A stretch of DNA of 64,000 bases from Acholeplasmataceae bacterium (GCA_963675245.1 OY775910.1:1562301-1626300); one strand, 5' to 3'; counted from the stretch's first letter, positions 51,342-61,035 are shown. The notes: generated from the letters alone by a model not told the origin. Translations and numbers: made by a program.

Positions 51342-52028
51342 TTATTTGCGATAGAATCCAATGACACCTAGTAAGGATCCTACTGAAATCAATGCAAAGC
51401 TAGCAATATAACTTAAATATTTAACTGTTAAGAAACCACTTGATGAAACAAATGCTGATGTTAAGTTAACTTCTAATGCCATCAAGACAACACCTAAAAA
51501 TAAAGTTAATGTAGCTAATCTAATAAAAAAGATTGAAAACCGTTTAGGTCTCGCATTTGCAAACACACCCCAAAGTAAAATCACTGCAAATAATGTCACA
51601 CCTGGTGCAACCCAACCTGAAATAGCAAGTAATTGATCAATTGGACCAGATACTAAATTTACTACACTCCCAAGCCAACTTGGAGATGTTAATACATAAC
51701 CAGTAAAAAATGCATTTGCTGTATAAGATTCTAAAAGAAACACTACGACTAACAAAACGGTCACAAGTACTCTAAGAACAAAACCTCTTCTAATAGCCCA
51801 CACGAGGAATAATAATCCTGCAAGCATCCCTAGTCCAAAATATCCATTCACCGCTGTAGGTATTAAACCTGTTATTTGCGTAGCGATTGGTTCAACTGAT
51901 TGTAAAAATGGTATATTTGATGCAACCACTAATTCTGAAGCTAAAATCACCGAAACAAGTAACATTAATAGAAAGCCTAACGTTCTAAAAATTTTACCTA
52001 TTGTTTTATTGTAGACACGTTTATTCAT
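51342..52028 (-). CDS. Hypothetical multi-pass membrane protein
   Basis: About 6 TM segments; own terminator near 51298-51326. Confidence 0.75.
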   Translation of the reverse strand: MNKRVYNKTIGKIFRTLGFLLMLLVSVILASELVVASNIPFLQSVEPIATQITGLIPTAVNGYFGLGMLAGLLFLVWAIRRGFVLRVLVTVLLVVVFLLESYTANAFFTGYVLTSPSWLGSVVNLVSGPIDQLLAISGWVAPGVTLFAVILLWGVFANARPKRFSIFFIRLATLTLFLGVVLMALEVNLTSAFVSSSGFLTVKYLSYIASFALISVGSLLGVIGFYRK

Positions 52029-52172
52029 TCACTCCACCACTTTCGTTCTATTTACACTATTCATTTTATCAAAATAAGTGTTAAACACAAAACTTTTTCG
52101 CTAGATAATGTCGTTGTTAACCGTTAAACCACTATTTTTACCACAGATTTTGACATTATTTTATATTATCAT

Positions 52173-53276
52173 TTAAATCTTATGCTCAATCATCAAATCT
52201 TCAGGTTTATAAAGATTAAATTTTACAAATAGAAAATCAATAAACCAGACGAGTAATAATGGGGCTACAAGGGTTGCAATAATGAAGATCCAACCTAATA
52301 CACTATCATACCCATAAACTCCTATAAAGACCAATTGACCAACTAATCCTGATGATCCCATACCAGCACCGCTACTAATCATTTTTGTTGGGTCAAAGAT
52401 TGTAAAGACTGGATTAAACAAGAAATAGAAAATTGGAGATATAATCGCAGAAGCTATGATCGTCGGTAACCATATCATCGGTTTTTTGATAATATTTTTA
52501 AATTGCAACATGGATGTACCAAATCCAACAGATAAAACTGTAGCTAAATTATTTTTACGAACACTTTGAACTGCAAAACCAATCATTTGAACTGTACAAC
52601 CAACTAATGCCGCTGCAGCTGCCGTACCATTTAAGGATATGATAATAGCTATTGCAGCGGATGATATCGGTGCGGTTAGTAACATTCCCATAATCACAGC
52701 GACCAAAATACTTGTTATAACGGGTTGTTGTTGAGCGCTGAATTTAACAAATTCTCTAATCACTTCTGTTAACCAATCAACAGGATAACTTAACACGAAA
52801 GTAAGAACACCTGCGATAATAACTCCCAACAATGGAATTAATAAAATATCAAAGTTTGTTTTTTTTCTTAAAATTAAATTCATCAATAAGTATCCTAAAA
52901 CTACGACAAAATAAACAGTAAGTGGATTGCCAGGTTTTCCATAAGAAGGTAAAGCAATCCATGGATCTGCACCATAACGGATTGTAAAAGATGTAGCAAT
53001 CGCTCCCATGGATGCTACGACAACCATCTTTAAACCATCTAACTTTAGACTTAAAGCAATTCCTATCCCAATTCCAATACCCATTACAGTTGATAACATA
53101 GCATAGATCGGTTCTGTAATCGCTGAAATGAAAAGCAGATTCCCTAATTGATTAATGATCACACCAATGATTAATGTTGCAAAAAATCCATAGGCCATAC
53201 CATTGAGTGTTTTCATGAAGAATTGTTGTACTGGACGCTCTTTAACTCTGTTTTCTGTCATTGACTCATCATTCAC
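52173..53276 (-). CDS. PTS EIIC-like (EIIC_2 family) membrane protein
   Basis: LNGMAYGFFATL, APISSAAI, GTSMLQ and GAGMGSSGLVG. Confidence 0.85.
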   Translation of the reverse strand: MNDESMTENRVKERPVQQFFMKTLNGMAYGFFATLIIGVIINQLGNLLFISAITEPIYAMLSTVMGIGIGIGIALSLKLDGLKMVVVASMGAIATSFTIRYGADPWIALPSYGKPGNPLTVYFVVVLGYLLMNLILRKKTNFDILLIPLLGVIIAGVLTFVLSYPVDWLTEVIREFVKFSAQQQPVITSILVAVIMGMLLTAPISSAAIAIIISLNGTAAAAALVGCTVQMIGFAVQSVRKNNLATVLSVGFGTSMLQFKNIIKKPMIWLPTIIASAIISPIFYFLFNPVFTIFDPTKMISSGAGMGSSGLVGQLVFIGVYGYDSVLGWIFIIATLVAPLLLVWFIDFLFVKFNLYKPEDLMIEHKI

Positions 53277-53440
53277 TTTCTGTAAGTTTTTTGATGTAAG
53301 AGATGAAACAAATCATCCTTTCATGCTTTATTCTATCACAATTAATAAAACTTGTTTTTGTTTTAAATCAAGATATTCGTCTTCTTCTCCTTCCAAAGCC
53401 TTTCAGAATAAGATATAATGGAATAGGAAGAGGTGTTACA

Positions 53441-54025
53441 GTGGCAAATAAAAAGCTAGAATTACAACAAATATACAGATATGATCCTTCAGATGATACA
53501 TATGTAGTTGATATCTCTTTAGATAACTATTTAGAAATATTCAATGAGTGGGATCGTTCACCACTTAGACGTAAAGATATGAATCATGAACTTTTTGATT
53601 ATCTTGAAGAAGCGTCTTATGAAATTCCTTTAAAATATAAGACAAAGATTTTATTTGGTATTCCAGTGAATGTTAAAGATCGCCAACGACAAGAAAATGC
53701 CATTACAGGTTTAAGAAATAACTTTCGATATGTGATTCATTTCATTAATCGTACCATTTCTATTAATAACCGTAAAAGTATCATTTTTGCTACGATGGGT
53801 CTATTATTTATTGTATTATCAACTATTTTTGATCAATTTTTACCTGATGAATTACTTTTTAATGTCTTATCACAAGGTATATTCGTCGGTGGTTGGGTAT
53901 TGTTGTGGGAATCATTCTCATTATTCTTGTTTGTCAGTTATGAGCATAGAGATAGACGAAAAAGATATCTTAGATATCTGAATTCAAAAATAGAATTCAC
54001 TTACATCTTACCATCTAAAAAATAA
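53441..54025 (+). CDS. Conserved hypothetical membrane protein
   Basis: GTG start after AGAGGTG; EIFNEWDRSP motif and two C-terminal TMs ending GWVLLWE. Confidence 0.7.
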   Translation: MANKKLELQQIYRYDPSDDTYVVDISLDNYLEIFNEWDRSPLRRKDMNHELFDYLEEASYEIPLKYKTKILFGIPVNVKDRQRQENAITGLRNNFRYVIHFINRTISINNRKSIIFATMGLLFIVLSTIFDQFLPDELLFNVLSQGIFVGGWVLLWESFSLFLFVSYEHRDRRKRYLRYLNSKIEFTYILPSKK

Positions 54026-54044
54026 GGGCTTAGCCCTTTTTTTT
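54024..54044. terminator. Terminator between convergent genes
   Basis: AAGGGCT-t-AGCCCTTTTTTTT. Confidence 0.7.
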
Positions 54045-54049
54045 ATGTT

Positions 54050-55030
54050 TTATTTCAAATTAGGTATATCTCTTACATCAATCATAAACCGGCAATACTC
54101 GTCTCCTTTAAGGGCATTTTCGAGTGGTTTAGCCTTTAGTGGTCGTCCAAAGATGACTTCATATCTTCTTTTGACAAATCCACCACTACAATGACACCAA
54201 AGTGCATCTATATCTTTCAAATCATCGGTGATTCTTTCTCTTGCAAATGGACAATGACATGCATAATACCTTTTATCCGTATGTGTTTTAGCTTCTAAAA
54301 ATTTAATAATATCATAAGGAATTTTAGTTTCATAAATATAACCATCTTTATAGACGCCACCTTGTATTTCAGGATTTGATGCAACAAAATCGACAACGTC
54401 ATGTGTCATTTTCTGTTCAAACCAAGGTTTTCCTGATTCGGCGTGTGCTCTTAATGTTTCAATCTGTCTTTGATGATAACTATTTAAATAAGCAGTTAAT
54501 GATTCTGATGCCTCATATGCAGCCTTTTCTTCATAAAATGCCTCATCAGGTATACCATGATTGTTGCCAGATAAAACACGTTCAAATAAAGATTCAGTCG
54601 GTAATTCATCTTTTAATAAAATCATCAATTTTTCAGTATATAAAGGTAACTTTTCAGGTGTTGTACCCAACAAAGGTAACGTGAACTTTTCGGTGATACG
54701 TTTTCTTGCAACATCACCTTTTACTTTTTCGAGACGATTAAGAATCCGTTCAAAAACACCAATACCACCTGTGTATTGTGTAAGCCTTATATAAAGATCA
54801 GTTCTTCCAATCATGTAAAAGTAACGCATCAAACCATAAAACATTTCAAGTCCGAGTGTTTGTTCTTTTAGAAGTGCACTAATCAGATGATCAACATCTT
54901 CTACAGATGCATGATCAACACCTTTTTCACTCATTTTATCAAGTCTTTCAATGACATGCTTTGCAATGTCAAACCGCTCATCTGTGAGATGATTTAAATC
55001 ATATTTCTCCTTGAGCTCATTTAGCTTCAT
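54050..55030 (-). CDS. Cys-rich putative metal-binding protein (DUF6144/V4R-like C-terminus)
   Basis: YYACHCP, WCHCSGGF and GDEYCRF. Confidence 0.6.
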   Translation of the reverse strand: MKLNELKEKYDLNHLTDERFDIAKHVIERLDKMSEKGVDHASVEDVDHLISALLKEQTLGLEMFYGLMRYFYMIGRTDLYIRLTQYTGGIGVFERILNRLEKVKGDVARKRITEKFTLPLLGTTPEKLPLYTEKLMILLKDELPTESLFERVLSGNNHGIPDEAFYEEKAAYEASESLTAYLNSYHQRQIETLRAHAESGKPWFEQKMTHDVVDFVASNPEIQGGVYKDGYIYETKIPYDIIKFLEAKTHTDKRYYACHCPFARERITDDLKDIDALWCHCSGGFVKRRYEVIFGRPLKAKPLENALKGDEYCRFMIDVRDIPNLK

Positions 55031-55511
55031 ATGCGTACCTACCTAAATCCAATCTAAATTCTTTATCACCATTATCAGCAATCCCTATATAGTCAAATCC
55101 TATTTTTGAAAGTAAGTTTAATGATGCAATATTTTCGTTATGTGCGCTTGCAATCATCTGTGTTATTCCTTTATTTCTAAGATAAGGAATGATGCCTATT
55201 ATAGCTTCATAAATATAACCTTGCCTGGCATGTACAGGATGTATTGTATAGCCTAGATGAACTGTATTTTTGTTGGCTTTCACATATAAATCTCCTAGAA
55301 GTTCATCTGTCATTTTCTGTGTAATAGCGAGCTGAACACCTTCAAAAATATCAACCTTATCAACAATGATCATATCTCTATATTCATCCTTTGTATGACC
55401 CTTAAAATCTTGATATATCATCCATTCATCATTATTTCTATATGAGATAAATGTATCAAGATCTTTTTCTATAAATGCTCGGATGGCACATCTATCTGTT
55501 GTAATGTTCAT
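55017..55511 (-). CDS. GNAT (RimJ/RimL-like) N-acetyltransferase
   Basis: LGYTIHP...RQGY and NIASLNLLSKIGF; ATG 55511 after AAGGAG. Confidence 0.85.
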   Translation of the reverse strand: MNITTDRCAIRAFIEKDLDTFISYRNNDEWMIYQDFKGHTKDEYRDMIIVDKVDIFEGVQLAITQKMTDELLGDLYVKANKNTVHLGYTIHPVHARQGYIYEAIIGIIPYLRNKGITQMIASAHNENIASLNLLSKIGFDYIGIADNGDKEFRLDLGRYAYEAK

Positions 55512-55579
55512 ATTATATAACTCCTTTATAAAGCTATTTATATGTCCCAAAGACACTTAACTATCGTGTTAATTCTATA

Positions 55580-57136
55580 TCAAGTTTCATGTACTTGATG
55601 ACAATGAGGACAAATGATATCTCCCTTATAATCTATTTTTGTAATGTTTCTATAATACATAGAAGATTCAATTTTTTTATGATAGTACCAAAGTTCTTCA
55701 TGTTTGAAATCATGCTTATTAATGGCATATTTCTTTAAATGAGCATTATCAGTATAGAAAAATGATTTACCTGTCGTTGGACATGTATCTTCTTTAATTT
55801 CTGTCATACATGTATGACACTGATACACCTCATGGTACTTGTCTTTTTGAAGCTTCCCACCACAAAATGGACATATATCTCTTTTCTTATCCGCGTAAAT
55901 CATACCTTTCAGTATCATTTGTTGAATACGTCTAAATGAATCAATATCTTCCATACTGATATAGATATCTTGTTGATTGATGTAATCATCATCAAACTGA
56001 TTAACTGTGATAATTTCATCAACACCAAAATCTTTTTTATATTTTTTGATTTCTTTAGTATCATAATGGTTCGCCACTAACATAATTTTATATGACTTTT
56101 CCTTCGAAAAATATAAAAATATTTCTTTTTTATTATTATTAAAAATATCTAGTGTCCAACCCTTAAAAGTAAATGGTGTATCTAAGGAAATTAAGTTCAT
56201 TTTAATCTTAGGATCTAATTCAAAATTAAAGTGTCCAACAGCAAAAATCGTGAGGATCTGAACGTAGGTCAAATAATCTCTATTAAGATGCTCAAAATCT
56301 ATGGCTTCTATGTTATCATCGACTTTTGCAAGATTACTTAATAAATGTTTATACGTTTTATAGACCATGCGATAATCTTTTTGCATAAGAAAAATATTGG
56401 TTTTTTTGAGTTTTAAATGTCGATTTCGTTTCTTGTTTTTTTGATAAATTGGTCTGATTAATCTTGGATTAATCGCTTGACTAATTTGTGCTAGTTCATG
56501 CAATAATGTCTTTGATAAATCAAAATATTGACTAAAATCTCTGATATAGCCAGTATGTAATTTACCGATTGCCAAAAAGTATTTCATATGATTGACTTTT
56601 TCTAATAGATTAAAACTCATGATGTTGCTAGCATATAGCAAACTATTAAGTGTTCTTCTATTTTTCTTAATCATCAATAAAATATCATCAATAAAATTAC
56701 AGAAAATAACATTCTCATAAATGCTGTAGTCATCTTCATAAATTCTTGTTAATAATTTTCTCGGTTTTACTCTACTATCATTAATATTAGCGACATATTG
56801 TGTATGATTAGCGAGATGAAGTAATGTGTTTTGATTAATAATACGGGCATTTTCTACTGGTAAAACATCATCTGTATCTTTTAAAACAATAATTGGCTTA
56901 CTAAAGATTCTCTTAATTGCAGGAATTGATTTTTTAAGCTCATGAAGTGCAAGATCAAGTTTGTCAAAATCAAAATCTGGTTCAATAGAAAATAATGTCA
57001 TATCATGGACAACATAGTAATCAAATTCAACATACGTGACCATCTGATGTTTTTTAACAAAATCCTGAATCCCTTTTAGTAGTGACACATTACGATAATA
57101 GGCTTCAACCATTTCTTTGCTAATGTGTTTTTTCAT
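55580..57136 (-). CDS. DUF2357 (McrC-like N-terminal) protein with C-terminal Cys clusters
   Basis: ARIINQNTLLHLA, PRKLLT, YSIYENVIF and LKKTNIFLMQKDYR pattern; C-terminal CPFC, CHTC, C and CPHC; ATG is 1 nt after the GTPase stop. Confidence 0.7.
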   Translation of the reverse strand: MKKHISKEMVEAYYRNVSLLKGIQDFVKKHQMVTYVEFDYYVVHDMTLFSIEPDFDFDKLDLALHELKKSIPAIKRIFSKPIIVLKDTDDVLPVENARIINQNTLLHLANHTQYVANINDSRVKPRKLLTRIYEDDYSIYENVIFCNFIDDILLMIKKNRRTLNSLLYASNIMSFNLLEKVNHMKYFLAIGKLHTGYIRDFSQYFDLSKTLLHELAQISQAINPRLIRPIYQKNKKRNRHLKLKKTNIFLMQKDYRMVYKTYKHLLSNLAKVDDNIEAIDFEHLNRDYLTYVQILTIFAVGHFNFELDPKIKMNLISLDTPFTFKGWTLDIFNNNKKEIFLYFSKEKSYKIMLVANHYDTKEIKKYKKDFGVDEIITVNQFDDDYINQQDIYISMEDIDSFRRIQQMILKGMIYADKKRDICPFCGGKLQKDKYHEVYQCHTCMTEIKEDTCPTTGKSFFYTDNAHLKKYAINKHDFKHEELWYYHKKIESSMYYRNITKIDYKGDIICPHCHQVHET

Positions 57137-57137
57137 A

Positions 57138-59828
57138 CTACTCACTATCTAATCGTTTAATAAAATCAACGCATTGATTTAAGTTCAGTTTTTCAAATGC
57201 CATTTCAAGTTGTTCTTTGTCATCAATTGTTTTCACTTCTAGCTTCGCAACAACTTTACTTAGCAATATTTTTTCAATCGCTTCACTTTCAACATTTTCA
57301 TCTGGAAAACAAGCTTTATATATATTAACAAAGTCTTCTATTTGTTTTAAAATACGATTACCAAATGAGATATTAAATGGTGCTAAAAGTACTTCAACTT
57401 GCTTAATAAGTTCACTGTTTTCAGCATCAAAATCACCATTCTGTTTTGCGGATTCAAATAATTGATTCATTGTTTCATAATCATAGAACTGTTTTGACAT
57501 TGGCTCTGTATAGTTACGAACTTTAGGAGCACGTTTTGTAAAATTCATGGTATGCGCACGGTCATATACTTTATCTGATATAACAAATGTCGATTCATCA
57601 CGATTCGCTGTACCAATAAACCATACGTTTGGTGGTACCTTTAATGTATTACCATTTTCTAATGCAAGATATTCAACAGATTCTCCATCTACTTTTCGAT
57701 CAAGTTTGATATTGATAAGCTTCAATTCACGTTGATCTGCTTCATTTTCCATGAGTGATAAGAAATCTGAGAAATAATATTCAATGCGTGATAGATTCAT
57801 TTCATCAAGCAATATAAATGTAAAAATCTCTTGATTTAATGCCGCTTTATATAATGCAATTGTAAATTTTTTAGGAGTATATTTCATTGAGAATTCATTA
57901 TAATACCCTAATAGTTCATTTTTATCTTTCCAAGAAGATTCAACTTCTATAATTTCACAATTACCAAATACTGCTTCAGAAAAGATCTTAGGTAAACTCG
58001 TTTTACCAGTTCCTGACATCCCTTGTAAAATCGATAATTTACTGGCACCTAAACCAGAAACAAATGTCGCGATATCTTCAGGTGTATAGGATAAATGTAA
58101 TCTTGAATTTCTTGCATAATCAACGATAAAATTGATTAATTTATTGAGAGACGCTTCTTCAACTTGAAGTTGTTTCCGCTTTGTAACATCTTCAATATAT
58201 AGATCTTTATTCATATCAATCACAGTAAACGCTGGACTAGGATCAAAGTTACCATACACATCGTCTTCAATACTATTAGAAGCAGAAACACTTTGTCCCT
58301 GATCAGATGCATTATCTAGTGCTAGAGCATTTTCATTTGATAATGATAATTGATCGCGATCAAATGCTTTTCTAATAAACATGAGAATCAGTATTGAAAT
58401 CGCAGCAACTAGTGCATAAACAGCGTCAGTTGATATGTTGTATTCATAGGTTAAATCACTCGGAAGATTGATATTATAAAAATCAAAAATATTCATAATT
58501 ATCACACGATCAATTTCTTGTCCGATTTGGAAATAATATCCTGAAACACCAATTAAAAAGACAAAGAAAATATTAACTGCAGTAGCTGTTTTAACAATAT
58601 CACTAAAACGACTATATTTGGCAAAATAGCTTGACAACGCAACCAATAGACTAATACCTGAGGATATGAACATCACCACAAGCATAAAAGCAACCAATCG
58701 ATATGCTGGATCTAAATTGACATAATCTCTTAATATATCTAATCCTGTTAAATTAATGGTGTTCGTGTACATTCCCGATGTGATGTTAATTTTTATAATT
58801 GAAACAATGAGTAAAATACCTGTGATTGCACTCAATATAATCACATAAATTAATGGTTCAACTTTCGGGTATGTAATGGTGACATCATGATATACTTTTT
58901 GTTGATACGCATCAAATTTTCCTTTAAAAATGGAAAAAGCGAAGATAACAAATGCCATTAGCAGCATCGGTATAAATGCATACGTTTGAGCAGTATTACC
59001 TTGTAATGTGTAATACATATGCATCGCTAATCCCATCAAAAAAAACATGAGTGTAGCTACTGCGGTATACGTGATTAAGTTTTTAGATTTATTGATAAAT
59101 CTTTCTTTATTGTAAAAGTAGTTAGATAAACAATGTGCGAAATATAAAATAATGCTCATAAAGAAAACAAAATTGAATAGGAAATAAATGATGTTTTCGA
59201 TTTGGGTATCACCCATAAATAGAACATTAATTAAAATACTAAAATATGTCGTATTTGGATAAATGAGCGCGTATAACGGTATGAAAAAAGTCGTGATTAA
59301 AACAAGTATCGCAAAAACATCAATCAGTAAAACATAAAGTGGAATTTTCGTACTCGTTAATTTAATATCTTTTTCATCACGTTCTTGTTCTCTTGTCTCT
59401 TGCAAAGCTTTTGTTCTAAAAATAAGCAAAACAAACATGACAACTATCAATACGAAACTAACAATCGTTAATACTAATGCAAATATTGATAAGTACTTAA
59501 GAATCGATTGAAAGACGATGAGTAATGTTTCAAAACCAAGGAAGGTAACAATTGATACAATGAACCCCCAATTATTCTTTCTTAGTAGGCTATAAGCTGA
59601 TAAAAGTATTGGTAAAATTGATACATAAAATAAGATCACAAAGATAAAACCGTATATATTTACAAATGCACCTTGTGACAACTCACTTGACAATGACCAA
59701 AAATTCTCATTGCTGTATGGTGTCGTTAGATTCAGTGACATAATGCTCAAATTCAAAAAAAAGACCAAGAGCATTAATCCAATCATTAGAGAACCTGTAA
59801 ACCATGGTTTTTTAAATAGATTTTTCAT
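57138..59828 (-). CDS. McrB-like AAA+ GTPase fused to an N-terminal ~12-TM membrane domain
   Basis: Walker A GMSGTGKT, ELLGYYN, Walker B LLDEMNLSRIEYYFSDFLS, NVWFIGTANRDEST and SDKVYDRA; residues ~10-490 hydrophobic; ATG 59828 after AAGGAG. Confidence 0.88.
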   Translation of the reverse strand: MKNLFKKPWFTGSLMIGLMLLVFFLNLSIMSLNLTTPYSNENFWSLSSELSQGAFVNIYGFIFVILFYVSILPILLSAYSLLRKNNWGFIVSIVTFLGFETLLIVFQSILKYLSIFALVLTIVSFVLIVVMFVLLIFRTKALQETREQERDEKDIKLTSTKIPLYVLLIDVFAILVLITTFFIPLYALIYPNTTYFSILINVLFMGDTQIENIIYFLFNFVFFMSIILYFAHCLSNYFYNKERFINKSKNLITYTAVATLMFFLMGLAMHMYYTLQGNTAQTYAFIPMLLMAFVIFAFSIFKGKFDAYQQKVYHDVTITYPKVEPLIYVIILSAITGILLIVSIIKINITSGMYTNTINLTGLDILRDYVNLDPAYRLVAFMLVVMFISSGISLLVALSSYFAKYSRFSDIVKTATAVNIFFVFLIGVSGYYFQIGQEIDRVIIMNIFDFYNINLPSDLTYEYNISTDAVYALVAAISILILMFIRKAFDRDQLSLSNENALALDNASDQGQSVSASNSIEDDVYGNFDPSPAFTVIDMNKDLYIEDVTKRKQLQVEEASLNKLINFIVDYARNSRLHLSYTPEDIATFVSGLGASKLSILQGMSGTGKTSLPKIFSEAVFGNCEIIEVESSWKDKNELLGYYNEFSMKYTPKKFTIALYKAALNQEIFTFILLDEMNLSRIEYYFSDFLSLMENEADQRELKLINIKLDRKVDGESVEYLALENGNTLKVPPNVWFIGTANRDESTFVISDKVYDRAHTMNFTKRAPKVRNYTEPMSKQFYDYETMNQLFESAKQNGDFDAENSELIKQVEVLLAPFNISFGNRILKQIEDFVNIYKACFPDENVESEAIEKILLSKVVAKLEVKTIDDKEQLEMAFEKLNLNQCVDFIKRLDSE

Positions 59829-59960
59829 GTACCAATCACTCCTTATCAATTGACTTGATTGATAATTTCTTTATTTTATTTTATCACATGTGATAGATAG
59901 ACCCACAAAAATAAAAAGCATTTAAAATGCTTTATCATTTAAAATGCTCATCACGTGGAT

Positions 59961-60467
59961 TCAATTGAGTGATTTCAAACACGTCTTCTTTAATGTAAGT
60001 CTAGTTTCATGTAATTCATAATGATGTTTTTTATGTACATTTTTTGTATGACCATCTTTTTTAAATCCGTAGTTTTCATACCACATGATAGATGCTATAT
60101 TTGATGTTAAAACCCACACAATAATCTGCTGATATTGGTCTAACCGCTTCACGCATTCATCCATTAAAGCTTTTCCAATGCCGCGTTTTTGATATGCCTT
60201 AAGTACATAGATTGCCATGACTTCTCCTGTATCATCTAGCTCATCTCTACTTTCACAATACGCAGCAAAACCTACAACGTTACCCTCGTATTCAGCAACA
60301 ATCGTGTTTTCAGGATATTTAACAGTTATTTTTTCACAATATTCAAGTGTTTGCCTACTTAAAAATTCAGGGTCCATTAATCCTGTATAAGTCTCAATCC
60401 ATGACTGATAATGTATATAAGACTTCTGCTTATAATCTTTTTCTTCCATATCTCTAATAATGATCAT
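59961..60467 (-). CDS. GNAT family N-acetyltransferase
   Basis: SWIETYTG, AIYVLKAYQKRGIGKAL and WYENYGF. Confidence 0.9.
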   Translation of the reverse strand: MIIIRDMEEKDYKQKSYIHYQSWIETYTGLMDPEFLSRQTLEYCEKITVKYPENTIVAEYEGNVVGFAAYCESRDELDDTGEVMAIYVLKAYQKRGIGKALMDECVKRLDQYQQIIVWVLTSNIASIMWYENYGFKKDGHTKNVHKKHHYELHETRLTLKKTCLKSLN

Positions 60468-60560
60468 AATCGACCTCGCATAAACTTTAAATTTATTCTA
60501 TCATAGAAAATTTATTAATTCTAAAGAAAAAAGACCTCGCGGTCTTCATAAATATAACTT

Positions 60561-60647
60561 TGGTGCCTGCGGTCGGACTCGAACCGACACGAGCTTTCAC
60601 TCACCAGATTTTGAGTCTGGCACGTCTACCGATTTCATCACGCAGGC
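60561..60647 (-). tRNA. tRNA-Leu (CAA)
   Basis: GCCTGCG acceptor stem, CCAGA-CTCAAAA-TCTGG anticodon arm, long variable arm, GGTTCGAGTCC and encoded CCA; promoter upstream and terminator (60526-60546) downstream. Confidence 0.97.
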
Positions 60648-60770
60648 AACTTGCTAACATATTGTAACACAATTCTTGTCTAATTTTCAATTCTCTTATC
60701 GAAATTATGCGTATAAAACAACCCTTAATTTAATAAGTGTTAAAATAGGGTTAGAAAGAGAGGGAAAAAT

Positions 60771-60980
60771 ATGAAAAGAAATGTTGGTTCAACGGATAAG
60801 TATATTCGTATTATTTTGGCTGTGGCACTCGTTGTAGGTGGCATATTCACAGTATCATCATTATTATGGCTAAGTATTATCTTCTTTGTATTTGCAGCGA
60901 TCTTCACCATGACAGCTATCACAGGACGTTGTCTACTATATATACCATTTGGTATTAATACGTGGCATAAAGACGAATAA
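60771..60980 (+). CDS. DUF2892 (YgaP-like) small membrane protein
   Basis: NVGSTDKYIR...CLLYIPFGINT. Confidence 0.85.
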   Translation: MKRNVGSTDKYIRIILAVALVVGGIFTVSSLLWLSIIFFVFAAIFTMTAITGRCLLYIPFGINTWHKDE

Positions 60981-61035
60981 ATATTAACTAGATAAAAAGC
61001 CTTTGTAAGGCTTTTTTTTATAGAAAAAGCGATGA

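Noticed and set aside
59915..59948. CATTTAAAATGCT duplicated downstream of the GNAT gene
   Set aside because: Most simply a terminator hairpin with a partial local duplication; not an att site matching the tRNA 3' end.
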